DNA of 49,188 nt, taken from IMG/VR virus record IMGVR_UViG_3300048852_000108, positions 1-49,188 of that record; one strand, given 5' to 3'. The DNA is from a virus (Duplodnaviria; Caudoviricetes). Below, one piece after another: positions 25,445 through 33,788 of this stretch (position 1 is the first letter of the stretch; each line of letters opens with the position of its first letter). Position numbers and translations under genes: made by a program. A model generated the notes under the pieces. The model searched no databases, had not been told where the DNA came from, and worked only from the letters and a program-made list of their open reading frames with translations.

Positions 25445-27370
25445 ATGCTTTTGCGGCCGGGCAGCATTGGGAAAATCGGGAGCGCGAGCACTCGGTCGGA
25501 GTCGCCGGCGCCTTCCCCTGCCCCGACCGACCGCGTCGTCACCTACGGCACATCAACACCGCTGCTGGTCGCGTCCGCAGGCACCACGCGTCAGAAGTGC
25601 ACTCGCAAGGTCGTCGTCATCGGCGCGGACACGCCGTACATCTACGGCACCTTCGATAACTGCCGCACCGAGGCTTCAGGGGACCAGTTCAACCTGGGAA
25701 ATCTGACGATCCTCCAGCACGGGTATCTCTCGGTCGACGGGGCGGTCTCGAAGGTCGCGACGTTCGATAACGGAGCATCCACGACGAAAACGCTCGGCAC
25801 GACCGACGCGACGGGCATTCGCATCCCACACGACAAGATCACAGCAGCCGAGTTCTACGGCCCACCGGTCCAGAACTTCACTCGCGGCACCAGGTTGATG
25901 ATGCAGACGGACGTTGTCGCCGAGGAAGGGGCCATGTTCCTCTTCAACGCGCATTGCCAGCCAGCAGGGGATTCGTCTGCGGAGTTCGCCGTAACTGGAT
26001 CCCCCCTTCCACTCAGCACCGGATCTGCAGGCACGGTCAACGAAGGCTACACGGCGAGTTGCGTGTACGGCTTCCATGCTGATCGCGCGCATATCAACTG
26101 CGGTGACAGCATCGCGGCCGACAGCGGCGACAGCACATCAAATTCCATCCGCGGCGGCTATTCCCGCTACGCCACGAACATCTACGGCGACAATCCGGTG
26201 CCGATGCTCAACATCGCGCGGCACGGCTGCACGGCAGCGCAGATCGCGCCGAATGCACAAGGCATCCTGCCTGCGGACGGCGTCATGCGGAACGCCTATC
26301 TCGTGCCCGGCACTTTCACCGACATCTCGGAGAACTTCGCGGCGAACGATCTGGGCTCGTCTCCTTCGGTAGGGGCGGCGGAAGTCGTGTTCGCCACCAA
26401 GCAGCGGCTCTGGACGCATTTCCGCGAGCGGGGAGCGGAGTGGATCACCGTCATCCAGCCGACGCCGCGCACGGTCAACGCCAGCAACAACACGCCGATC
26501 AACGCGGGTTGGGCGAAGGGCGGCGAGTCCGACCATCTCCGCGCGCTTCAAGAGGGCGCGCTCGATAATGGGCTGATTGAGGCGATCATCCGCTCGGACA
26601 CGCTGCGAGGGTCGAGCAACCCGGAGGATGACGGCTACTTCATCTACTCGGACCTGCGATACTCTCTCGATGGCACGCATCTGAACCCGCGCGGCTATTT
26701 GATCGTTCACGCAGAGCACCGCGCTGTGATCCTGCACGGCGATGTATCAGGCGACATTCCCGACTTCCCAGAGGGGCAAGTAATTCTCGACACGTTCAGC
26801 GGTCCCGCCGGCGCGAGCGTCAAGGGCCGACTTACGGACAGCGGCTCGACATGGCAGGGGCTCACTGCTGGCGCCAACATGATAATGACCGACCAGGGAC
26901 GTGCCTATGTGTCGGCGAACGGGTACATGTTCGTGCTCGATCCAAGGATGAGCCGGCAGCAGTATATCGAGGTGGACGTGGACACGGTGACGGCCACTGC
27001 GGTGGCGCAGACACTCCTCCTGCGCGCTGACACGACGGGCAGCGCATTCACCGGCCTTACCGCCTCGTTCAATCCCTCCACCCTCGCAGCCTCACTGTTC
27101 AGCGTCAGCAACGGCACCAGCACGCAAATCGGCAGCAGCGTGACTGTCCCGGACCCAGGCCCCAACGTCACGGTTCGCGCAGAACTGGTGGACTGCCTCC
27201 TAAGCCTCTTCGTCGGCCCGAAGGGCGGGCCTCTTACGCTCGCTTTGACAGGCATGGTCAGCAATATCGAGGGAGCTATTGGCGTGCGTCAGGCGGCAAA
27301 CTCTACCGCGACCACCGGAAGGCAGCTCGCCGAAGTTCGCGCGGGCAATATGCCTGCGACAATGCCTTGA
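25445..27370 (+). CDS. SGNH/GDSL esterase-domain protein with C-terminal beta-sandwich (putative head fibre)
   Basis: CGDSI, NIARHG, AANDLG and DGTHLN blocks. Confidence 0.75.
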   Translation: MLLRPGSIGKIGSASTRSESPAPSPAPTDRVVTYGTSTPLLVASAGTTRQKCTRKVVVIGADTPYIYGTFDNCRTEASGDQFNLGNLTILQHGYLSVDGAVSKVATFDNGASTTKTLGTTDATGIRIPHDKITAAEFYGPPVQNFTRGTRLMMQTDVVAEEGAMFLFNAHCQPAGDSSAEFAVTGSPLPLSTGSAGTVNEGYTASCVYGFHADRAHINCGDSIAADSGDSTSNSIRGGYSRYATNIYGDNPVPMLNIARHGCTAAQIAPNAQGILPADGVMRNAYLVPGTFTDISENFAANDLGSSPSVGAAEVVFATKQRLWTHFRERGAEWITVIQPTPRTVNASNNTPINAGWAKGGESDHLRALQEGALDNGLIEAIIRSDTLRGSSNPEDDGYFIYSDLRYSLDGTHLNPRGYLIVHAEHRAVILHGDVSGDIPDFPEGQVILDTFSGPAGASVKGRLTDSGSTWQGLTAGANMIMTDQGRAYVSANGYMFVLDPRMSRQQYIEVDVDTVTATAVAQTLLLRADTTGSAFTGLTASFNPSTLAASLFSVSNGTSTQIGSSVTVPDPGPNVTVRAELVDCLLSLFVGPKGGPLTLALTGMVSNIEGAIGVRQAANSTATTGRQLAEVRAGNMPATMP

Positions 27371-27401
27371 GACACGCGCACGGCCTGGCAGGGGAACAGT
27401 A

Positions 27402-27845
27402 ATGCTCACGACGCTGATCGCGGCTGGATTGCTGGGCTCGGGCGATACGCCTGCCCCCAGCGACCTGCTGGCGGAGTTCCGTATCCGCTATCCCGAATTC
27501 GCCGCCGTGCCTGACGCAACGGTCGAATACTGGCTGGACGACGCCCTGCTGATCGTGACCGACAGTTGGATCGAGGCCGACCGCAAACCGGCACAGATGG
27601 CTTTGGCGGCGCATAACCTCGCGCGTCGCGGGTTGGCGGCCGGCGGCTCCGGGATCGGCGGCATCGCGGCAAAGGGCGTGACGTCATTCAAGTCCGCGAG
27701 CTTCTCGGTCAACTTCGATGCCTCCGCCGCGAAAGCCGCGGCGGCTGGCGGCTACGGGTCGACGATGTACGGCCAGGACTTCCAGATATATCTGCACCGG
27801 AACCGTGGCGGTCCTTTCCTTGCGGGGTGCGCCCATGTTTGCTGA
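27402..27845 (+). CDS. Head-tail adaptor (DUF4054-like)
   Basis: FR.RYPEF..VPD, LAAHNL and ST.YGQ.F motifs. Confidence 0.85.
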   Translation: MLTTLIAAGLLGSGDTPAPSDLLAEFRIRYPEFAAVPDATVEYWLDDALLIVTDSWIEADRKPAQMALAAHNLARRGLAAGGSGIGGIAAKGVTSFKSASFSVNFDASAAKAAAAGGYGSTMYGQDFQIYLHRNRGGPFLAGCAHVC

Positions 27846-28209
27846 GGCCTTCGCCGATATCGCGCTCGCGATCAGCAGCGGCGGTGGCGGGCCGTTCCAT
27901 CCCGGAGTGCTCCGCTGGCCTGGCGTGCCGGTGGTCGACGACGGCGGTTCTATCGTCACGCCGGGGACGCCCGAGGAGCACGACTGCCATGTGCAAGTCG
28001 ACGTCGTCACCGAGGCAATGCGCGCCGAAGCGGGCTACACGGATAAGGACGTCCGGCTGATCATCCTTGCGCCGGAGCTCGCACGCGCCGTCGACACCGA
28101 CGCAACGGTCGAGGTGCTGAGCGGTCCGCACGCCGGGACGTGGACGATCCAAAGCCAGGCGAAGGACGTGCTCGGCGTTGCATATGATGGGCGGGGGCGG
28201 CGTGCCTAG
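27835..28209 (+). CDS. Head closure protein
   Basis: Position and beta-rich sequence. Confidence 0.6.
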   Translation: MFAEAFADIALAISSGGGGPFHPGVLRWPGVPVVDDGGSIVTPGTPEEHDCHVQVDVVTEAMRAEAGYTDKDVRLIILAPELARAVDTDATVEVLSGPHAGTWTIQSQAKDVLGVAYDGRGRRA

Positions 28210-28594
28210 GATCCGAGGCTCCAAGGAGTTCAGCCGCAAGCTCGCCCGCGTCGCCGGGAAGGGCAAGGAGGCGGAGATCGGCCGCGCGCTGTTCGTTGGC
28301 GGAGAAGCGATCCAGGTCGAAGCACAGATCAGCATCACTGCCGGTGCCGTTTCGGGCCGCGGACACGTTCCTTCCCGCCCGGGCGAGCCGCCGAATGCGG
28401 ACACGCACCTACTCGCTGACAACATCGAGACGACGCAAGAGCATCCGCTCCGCGTCGAGGTGTCGTCCAACGCGCCATATGCCGCCGCCCTGGAGTTCGG
28501 CACCTCCAAGATGGCTGAGCGCCCGTACATGCGCCCCGCCGTCGCCAAGACCCGCAAGGAAGTCGTGGCGCTCGTCCGTGGCGCGATTGCTTGA
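28202..28594 (+). CDS. HK97 gp10-family tail component
   Basis: SRPGEPPN.DT..L and YA.ALEFGTSKMAERPYMRPA motifs. Confidence 0.88.
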   Translation: MPRIRGSKEFSRKLARVAGKGKEAEIGRALFVGGEAIQVEAQISITAGAVSGRGHVPSRPGEPPNADTHLLADNIETTQEHPLRVEVSSNAPYAAALEFGTSKMAERPYMRPAVAKTRKEVVALVRGAIA

Positions 28595-28611
28595 GCGCTG
28601 AGGGGCAGCTG

Positions 28612-29055
28612 ATGGCGATCGACAGCACCATCGCGGTTCGCCGGGCCATACTGACGCTGCTCAAGAATGACGTTCGGACGAGCGGTATCGTACCTGCCAC
28701 GCGCTGGTATCCCATGGTCGCCCCGGCAACGCCGACTTGGCCGTTCGGGCTCTATGGGGTGTCGTCTCCCCTGCCCGTTCGCGCGACATGCCTGGACGGC
28801 TCGGAGATCGCGACTTCGATCCACGGTTTCGCCAAGGCGCGGCTGAACAGTGCAGGCGCCATGTTCGAAACCGCCGAGGATCATTGTGGGCGCCTGGCCG
28901 CCGCGATTGCGGCGGTGCTGGACGGCCGGCGGGTCGAGTTGCCGAATGGATATGCGCGCATCCGCTGGACCGGATCGCAGCTGCTGATCGACCGCGACGA
29001 GGCCGATGCCTTCCATTGTGTGGTCAATCTTCGCGTGCGATGCCTCACGGCTTGA
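28612..29055 (+). CDS. Tail terminator (DUF3168-like)
   Basis: Position before the tail tube gene; P.WPF and H.VV..R motifs. Confidence 0.75.
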   Translation: MAIDSTIAVRRAILTLLKNDVRTSGIVPATRWYPMVAPATPTWPFGLYGVSSPLPVRATCLDGSEIATSIHGFAKARLNSAGAMFETAEDHCGRLAAAIAAVLDGRRVELPNGYARIRWTGSQLLIDRDEADAFHCVVNLRVRCLTA

Positions 29056-29070
29056 TCGGGGAGAGTTCGA

Positions 29071-29332
29071 ATGCGAGCCGTCGTGGCGCTTCTAACGCTC
29101 ACGCTTATGGGCGGGTGCAATCAAGCGGGGCAACTGTGCGACGAGGCCATCAAATCCACGCTGAAGGCACCTGCGACCTATAAAAGGGGTCGTGATGAGA
29201 GAGGGGGTTAGCTCGACCACCTACTGGATCGAGTACGATGCCGAGAACTCTTTCGGTGTACCGCTGCGGGGCACCGGACAATGCACTGTCTCAGGCGGAA
29301 AGGCGTTCTGGCTACCTGAGGAACCACGCTGA
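29071..29332 (+). pseudogene. Frameshifted lipoprotein gene
   Basis: Lipobox LMGGC and C...LKAPATY, stop at 29209; the +1 frame continues with YDAENSFGVPLRG...C. Confidence 0.65.
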
Positions 29333-29387
29333 AAGTCGAGCGCAGAGGCCGCTTTGTAGGTGAGCGTCTTCGCCCTATAGTGCCGCC

Positions 29388-29675
29388 GTGGACGAAACTG
29401 CCCTCCGCGCCCGACTGGAATTCCTCGAGGAGATGTTCCGCGAGCTCTATCGGCGCGATGTCGTCACCGACGAGATGCTCCGGGCCGTAGCGGATCGGTT
29501 CGGCTCCCAGGCTGACCGCGCATCGCCGAGCGGGGCCGAGGTCGCAAATCACTGCGCGCACATGGCGGTGATGCTGCCGATCGAGGCGCAGGCTCCGACG
29601 CAGAGTGAATGGACGGCCGAGCAACGCCGCACCCGGATGCGCTTGATCTCTGACGGCGGTAACCCGCCCGAGTAG
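29388..29675 (+). CDS. Hypothetical protein (moron)
   Basis: GTG-start ORF ending R..MRLI.DGG. Confidence 0.55.
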   Translation: MDETALRARLEFLEEMFRELYRRDVVTDEMLRAVADRFGSQADRASPSGAEVANHCAHMAVMLPIEAQAPTQSEWTAEQRRTRMRLISDGGNPPE

Positions 29676-29689
29676 CTCCGCCTAAGCCT
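29650..29689 (+). promoter_or_regulatory. Late promoter motif copy 4 (tail tube)
   Basis: CTGACGGCGGTAAC; TAAGCC at +33. Confidence 0.7.
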
Positions 29690-29715
29690 CCGCTTGAAAT
29701 GCAGCGGAGATCGGC

Positions 29716-30159
29716 ATGAGCTACCCTACCGAAATCGATGCGATCGTCGTCAAGGTCGGCGATGGCGCCGAGCCCGAGGTGTTCGCAACCATCTGCGGCA
29801 TCGAAAACGCGACCCTCAACGAGACGGTCCAGACCGCCGACCGCTTCCGCAAGGACTGCGCGAAGCCTGGCCAGATCCCCACGCGCAAGGTGCGCGTCAC
29901 CGGCAAGCAGTGGGATGTGACCGGTTCGGGTGTGACCAACATCGACCAGATCGCCACGCTCAAGGCCGCGCTGGGGATTACCAAGAACTATCAGCTCGTC
30001 GCGATCGAATACGACGGCACCGACACCGGCAACGAGCTCGGCACGTTCGCCGGGCCAGGTGTGCTCACCGCGCGCAACTGGAACCTCCAGCCCAACGAGG
30101 GCACGATGGAGATCACCATCGCGGGCGAAGACGAACTGGTCTGGACGCCGGCGCCGTGA
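29716..30159 (+). CDS. Major tail tube protein
   Basis: VGDGA.PEVF..ICG, DC..P and W.V.GSG motifs, WTPA end. Confidence 0.88.
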   Translation: MSYPTEIDAIVVKVGDGAEPEVFATICGIENATLNETVQTADRFRKDCAKPGQIPTRKVRVTGKQWDVTGSGVTNIDQIATLKAALGITKNYQLVAIEYDGTDTGNELGTFAGPGVLTARNWNLQPNEGTMEITIAGEDELVWTPAP

Positions 30160-30656
30160 CCCTACCGACCGCGCTGGAGCTTGAATTCGCGGACGGCGCA
30201 TATCTGTTCGACCTGAAACTACCGCAGCTTCGGGAGCTGCAGGCTCTCCGCGAGTGTTCGATTTTCCGCCTCTACGGGCGAGTGCTGCGTGGCCGCTATG
30301 TCTTGGAGGGCCAGATCGTCGCCCTTCCCCACGAAGGCGACGCCTACAGCGACGACATTTTCGAGACGATCCGCCTCGGGCTGATCGGCGGCGGCAAGGG
30401 CATCGTCAACGGAGCCGAAGTCGAGGTCAGCGCCCTCACCGCTAAGCGCCTCGTCGAGACCTACTGCCACGCCGCGCCCATGCGCGAGAGCTGGGCCATC
30501 GCCGCTGCCGTGCTCGCGGCCCGTATCGAGGGGTACGATCCGGGCCCAAAAGCCGAGCCGGCCCAGGAGCCGGCGCCCGAAAGCGAGACGAGCCAATCGA
30601 CTTCGCCCAGGTCATCGCCAACTGCTCCGTCCTCGGATGCGACTGGCGAGAGCTGA
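30156..30656 (+). CDS. Tail assembly chaperone (GTA-gp10-like)
   Basis: FADG.Y.F.L...L.ELQ, ETIRLGLIGGG and A..LV..Y motifs. Confidence 0.85.
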   Translation: MTLPTALELEFADGAYLFDLKLPQLRELQALRECSIFRLYGRVLRGRYVLEGQIVALPHEGDAYSDDIFETIRLGLIGGGKGIVNGAEVEVSALTAKRLVETYCHAAPMRESWAIAAAVLAARIEGYDPGPKAEPAQEPAPESETSQSTSPRSSPTAPSSDATGES

Positions 30657-30769
30657 CCTGGTGGGAATATTCGGCGCGGCTCGCGAAGCACAATGAGGCC
30701 CACGGCGAGACCGGGCCGAAGCCCGTCGCCGACCCTGATAGGCTCAAGCGCGTGATGAGTGTGCACTGA
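30545..30769 (+). other. -1 frameshift site and chaperone extension (G-T type)
   Basis: C CCA AAA slippery heptamer at 30545-30551; the -1 frame is open to TGA 30767-30769 (LTWWEY...HNEAH). Confidence 0.75.
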
Positions 30770-32820
30770 TGGCCGTTGAAGCAGATCGCGTCGTCGTCGC
30801 CCTCATTGGGGACACCAGCAACCTCGATCGAAACGTCGGGCAATCAGCCCGGCAGTTCGGCCGGAGCATGTCGTCGATCGAAGCCTCCGCGACGCGCGCG
30901 GAGCGGTCAATCGTCACCTCCACCGGCACAATCGGAAACGCTCAGCGCAACCTTGGGCGGCAGATCGCGGACATCGGGACGCAGCTTAGCTCCGGCGCCA
31001 GCCCCTTCCTCATTCTCTCGCAACAGGCGCCACAGGTTGCAGACGCCCTCGCCGACGTAGGTGGACGAGCGGGGCGTGTCGCATCGTTCTTCGCCGGCCC
31101 ATGGGGCGCGGCTCTCCTCGCCGCTGGCAGTGTTGTCGGCATGCTCATTCCGAAGCTATTCGACCTGGGCAATGCCCATGACGCGGCGAAGGAGGCGGCG
31201 GAGGCGCAGTCAAAGGCCGAGCAGCAGCTGAGCGATATTCTCCAGGGCGCCGTAGATCAAGGCGAGCGAGCGCGGATTGCCGCTCTCGGGCTGGCGCAGG
31301 CCCATGTGTTCGAAGCTCGGGCCGCTCTCAACTCGGCGCGCGCGCAACTGCAATTGGCTCGGGCCCGTGCAACTGCCGCCGCCGCCACCGAGCGCGCCGC
31401 GCCCGGAACTATGCAGATCCCCGGCCGCGGCGCAGCATCTTCTGCGGAGCTCCTACGACTGCAGCAGATCGAGTTTGACGCGGCCGAACGTGGCCTGGGC
31501 GCAGCAGAGCTCAAGCAGCGCAATCTCGAAGCAGCCGCGGAGCTCGCGCGCGGCATTGAGGCTCAGCGCGACAAGACGAAATCTGACAAATCCGCGGCGG
31601 CCGCTCAGCGTCGCGCAGAGGCCGCAGCGCGTCGTGCAGCGCGCGAGGCGGAACGGAACACGGATCAGCAGCGGCAGGGTATCGCAGAGCTGCTCCGCGG
31701 CCGGGCCGAGCTAGCTGCCGCCGAAGCCGAACTCACGTCCGACAGCCGCGTCATGGACGAGGCTCTGCGCCAGCGCATCGAATCCGAACGCCAGATCGCC
31801 CGGGCCGAAATTCAGGATCAGGAGGGGCTCTCATCGGGTCAACGCCAAGAGCTCCTAGCCATCAACGACCGGATCGCCGCTGCGCGACTCCGCAAGGTCA
31901 ACATAGACGAAGCGCAGCGATATCTTGAGGAAGAGACAAAGCTTCTACAGGCAGGCCTCGGAAATGAGCGGGATGTAGCATCCGCCCAGCTCGATCTGGC
32001 CGACACGACTGAGCAGCGCCGCGCCCTTGCGCTTCGGCTTCTCGACATCGCCATTCGTCAGGAGCGTGCGGATCTAGAAGCGGTGCTCGCATCGCAGCAG
32101 GCCACCGAGGTTCAAAAGCAAATCGCCAGGAAGCGCCTAGAGTCGCTCGACACGCTGGCTGGATTGCAGCGGGCCGGAATCGAACGCGACAACGAGGCTC
32201 CGGGTGCGAGATATCTCCGAGATCTCCGTACCGCGACTGCCGAGCTTGATCGCTCTGCAGAAGAGGTGGCGGTTGACGGGTTCGAGCGTCTGAACGACGA
32301 ACTTGCCGATGCGATCATGGGGACGCGGTCCTTGGGCGACGTGTTTAAGAACGTCGCGAACCAGATTATCGCCGACCTAGTGCGGATAGCGATCCGGAAG
32401 CAGGTCGTCGGGCCGCTGGCGGAAAGCTTGTTTGGCGCGGGCGGCGGCGGAGGCGGCAGCGGCGTCGGGAGCCTGCTCACTTCGATTTTCGGCCGCGCCT
32501 CGGGCGGTTACGTCGCCCCGAACAGTGTCACGCGCGTCAACGAGGGCCGTGGCGGCGTCGAACTCCTTCGCATGGGACCCCAGGGCGGTCAGGTGATCCC
32601 CCTCGGCCAGACCCGCGCAGCGAGCCCCGGCGCAAACGTCACGATCATTCATGCCCCGCAGACCATCATCCCTGGTGCGATCACCACACCGCAGCTCATG
32701 GCCGAGATCGACCGACGGAACCGCGATAGCATCGCGTCGGCGGCCCCACTGATCGCCGACGCTGGCGCCAAGAAGGCTCTGACCAGCCTGACCAAATCGC
32801 AACGGTTCGGAACCCCCTGA
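30769..32820 (+). CDS. Tape measure protein
   Basis: Q..DI..QL..G.SPF.IL.QQ.PQ N-terminus; Ala-rich helix; RASGG...VNE C-terminus. Confidence 0.92.
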   Translation: MAVEADRVVVALIGDTSNLDRNVGQSARQFGRSMSSIEASATRAERSIVTSTGTIGNAQRNLGRQIADIGTQLSSGASPFLILSQQAPQVADALADVGGRAGRVASFFAGPWGAALLAAGSVVGMLIPKLFDLGNAHDAAKEAAEAQSKAEQQLSDILQGAVDQGERARIAALGLAQAHVFEARAALNSARAQLQLARARATAAAATERAAPGTMQIPGRGAASSAELLRLQQIEFDAAERGLGAAELKQRNLEAAAELARGIEAQRDKTKSDKSAAAAQRRAEAAARRAAREAERNTDQQRQGIAELLRGRAELAAAEAELTSDSRVMDEALRQRIESERQIARAEIQDQEGLSSGQRQELLAINDRIAAARLRKVNIDEAQRYLEEETKLLQAGLGNERDVASAQLDLADTTEQRRALALRLLDIAIRQERADLEAVLASQQATEVQKQIARKRLESLDTLAGLQRAGIERDNEAPGARYLRDLRTATAELDRSAEEVAVDGFERLNDELADAIMGTRSLGDVFKNVANQIIADLVRIAIRKQVVGPLAESLFGAGGGGGGSGVGSLLTSIFGRASGGYVAPNSVTRVNEGRGGVELLRMGPQGGQVIPLGQTRAASPGANVTIIHAPQTIIPGAITTPQLMAEIDRRNRDSIASAAPLIADAGAKKALTSLTKSQRFGTP

Positions 32821-32856
32821 CGGCGGTAATCCAAGCCGCAGCTACGGCCTAGCCAA
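32817..32856 (+). promoter_or_regulatory. Late promoter motif copy 5
   Basis: CTGACGGCGGTAAT overlapping the tape-measure stop; TAGCCA at +33; ATG at +46. Confidence 0.75.
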
Positions 32857-32862
32857 TGCCCC

Positions 32863-33420
32863 ATGGCCAGCTACCGCCGCTCGATCCTGTTCCGGCTCGC
32901 GGCCGACCCGATTTCTCGGCTCTGGTCTGGATACGGGCCCCTCGACATCACCGATTCCCTCGATCCGGGCGGCGCCCGCTATCACGGCGTCGGCGCGCTG
33001 CTGAATGTCCCCGCCCTCAAACTCCTGATCAACGGCACCGCCGACCGGATCGAGTTCCAACTCTCCGGGGTCGCCGATGAGACGGTGCGTCTCGCTCAGG
33101 AAGACGTCGAGACGATCAAGGACGCGCTTGTCCTGATCGGGGAGCAGGGTTTCGACGCGGATTGGCAAGTAGACGGCCCGCCGGTGTGGCTCTGGCGCGG
33201 CTTTGCCGATGTTCTCTTCATCGATAGCGCCGACGGTGCAAACGGGCGCGAGCGGACAATCCGGCTCTCGGTGCGCAGTGCCGACACGTTCCGCGCCAAT
33301 CCCCTGCCCAGTTACTACACCGACGCCGACCAGCGCCGTCGCTCGCCAACGGATGCGATCTGTAGCCACGTCGCCCAGATCAGCGTTGGCGCACGCCGCC
33401 GCTTCGGACCTTCGTCATGA
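32863..33420 (+). CDS. Tail tip/hub protein
   Basis: RLWSG.G...Y.G.G.L, LSGV and YTD.DQ..RSP.D motifs. Confidence 0.7.
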   Translation: MASYRRSILFRLAADPISRLWSGYGPLDITDSLDPGGARYHGVGALLNVPALKLLINGTADRIEFQLSGVADETVRLAQEDVETIKDALVLIGEQGFDADWQVDGPPVWLWRGFADVLFIDSADGANGRERTIRLSVRSADTFRANPLPSYYTDADQRRRSPTDAICSHVAQISVGARRRFGPSS

Positions 33421-33788
33421 CGCTCGGCGAGTTCCTCCTGCGCGTGACCAGCCGCCGCGAGCCCTGGAACTGCTCGACGATGCCCGCCGACTGGTGCCTC
33501 GCGCTTGGGCACCCCGACTTTGCCGCAGCGTGGCGGGGCGTAACCGACCCTGTGGAATGCGAGACAATCGCCGGGGGTGACCTGCTGTCGCTCTGGGAGG
33601 CGGGGATTGGCCAGGCGATCCCTGTCGCGATCGAACCGTACCAGTGGGGCGACATCGCGGTCGTGAGCCGCGCCGGGCTCTCGGCGGGCGCGATCTATAC
33701 CGGCGAGCGCTGGGCGATCCAGACGGAACGCGGCTTCGTCTCGCTCCCCCTGCCCCCGAGCGCTGTTGTGAAGGCGTGGCGGCCGTGA
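33417..33788 (+). CDS. NlpC/P60-like (DUF6950-like) tail protein
   Basis: WNC...ADW, GDIAVV and AWR motifs. Confidence 0.7.
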   Translation: MTLGEFLLRVTSRREPWNCSTMPADWCLALGHPDFAAAWRGVTDPVECETIAGGDLLSLWEAGIGQAIPVAIEPYQWGDIAVVSRAGLSAGAIYTGERWAIQTERGFVSLPLPPSAVVKAWRP

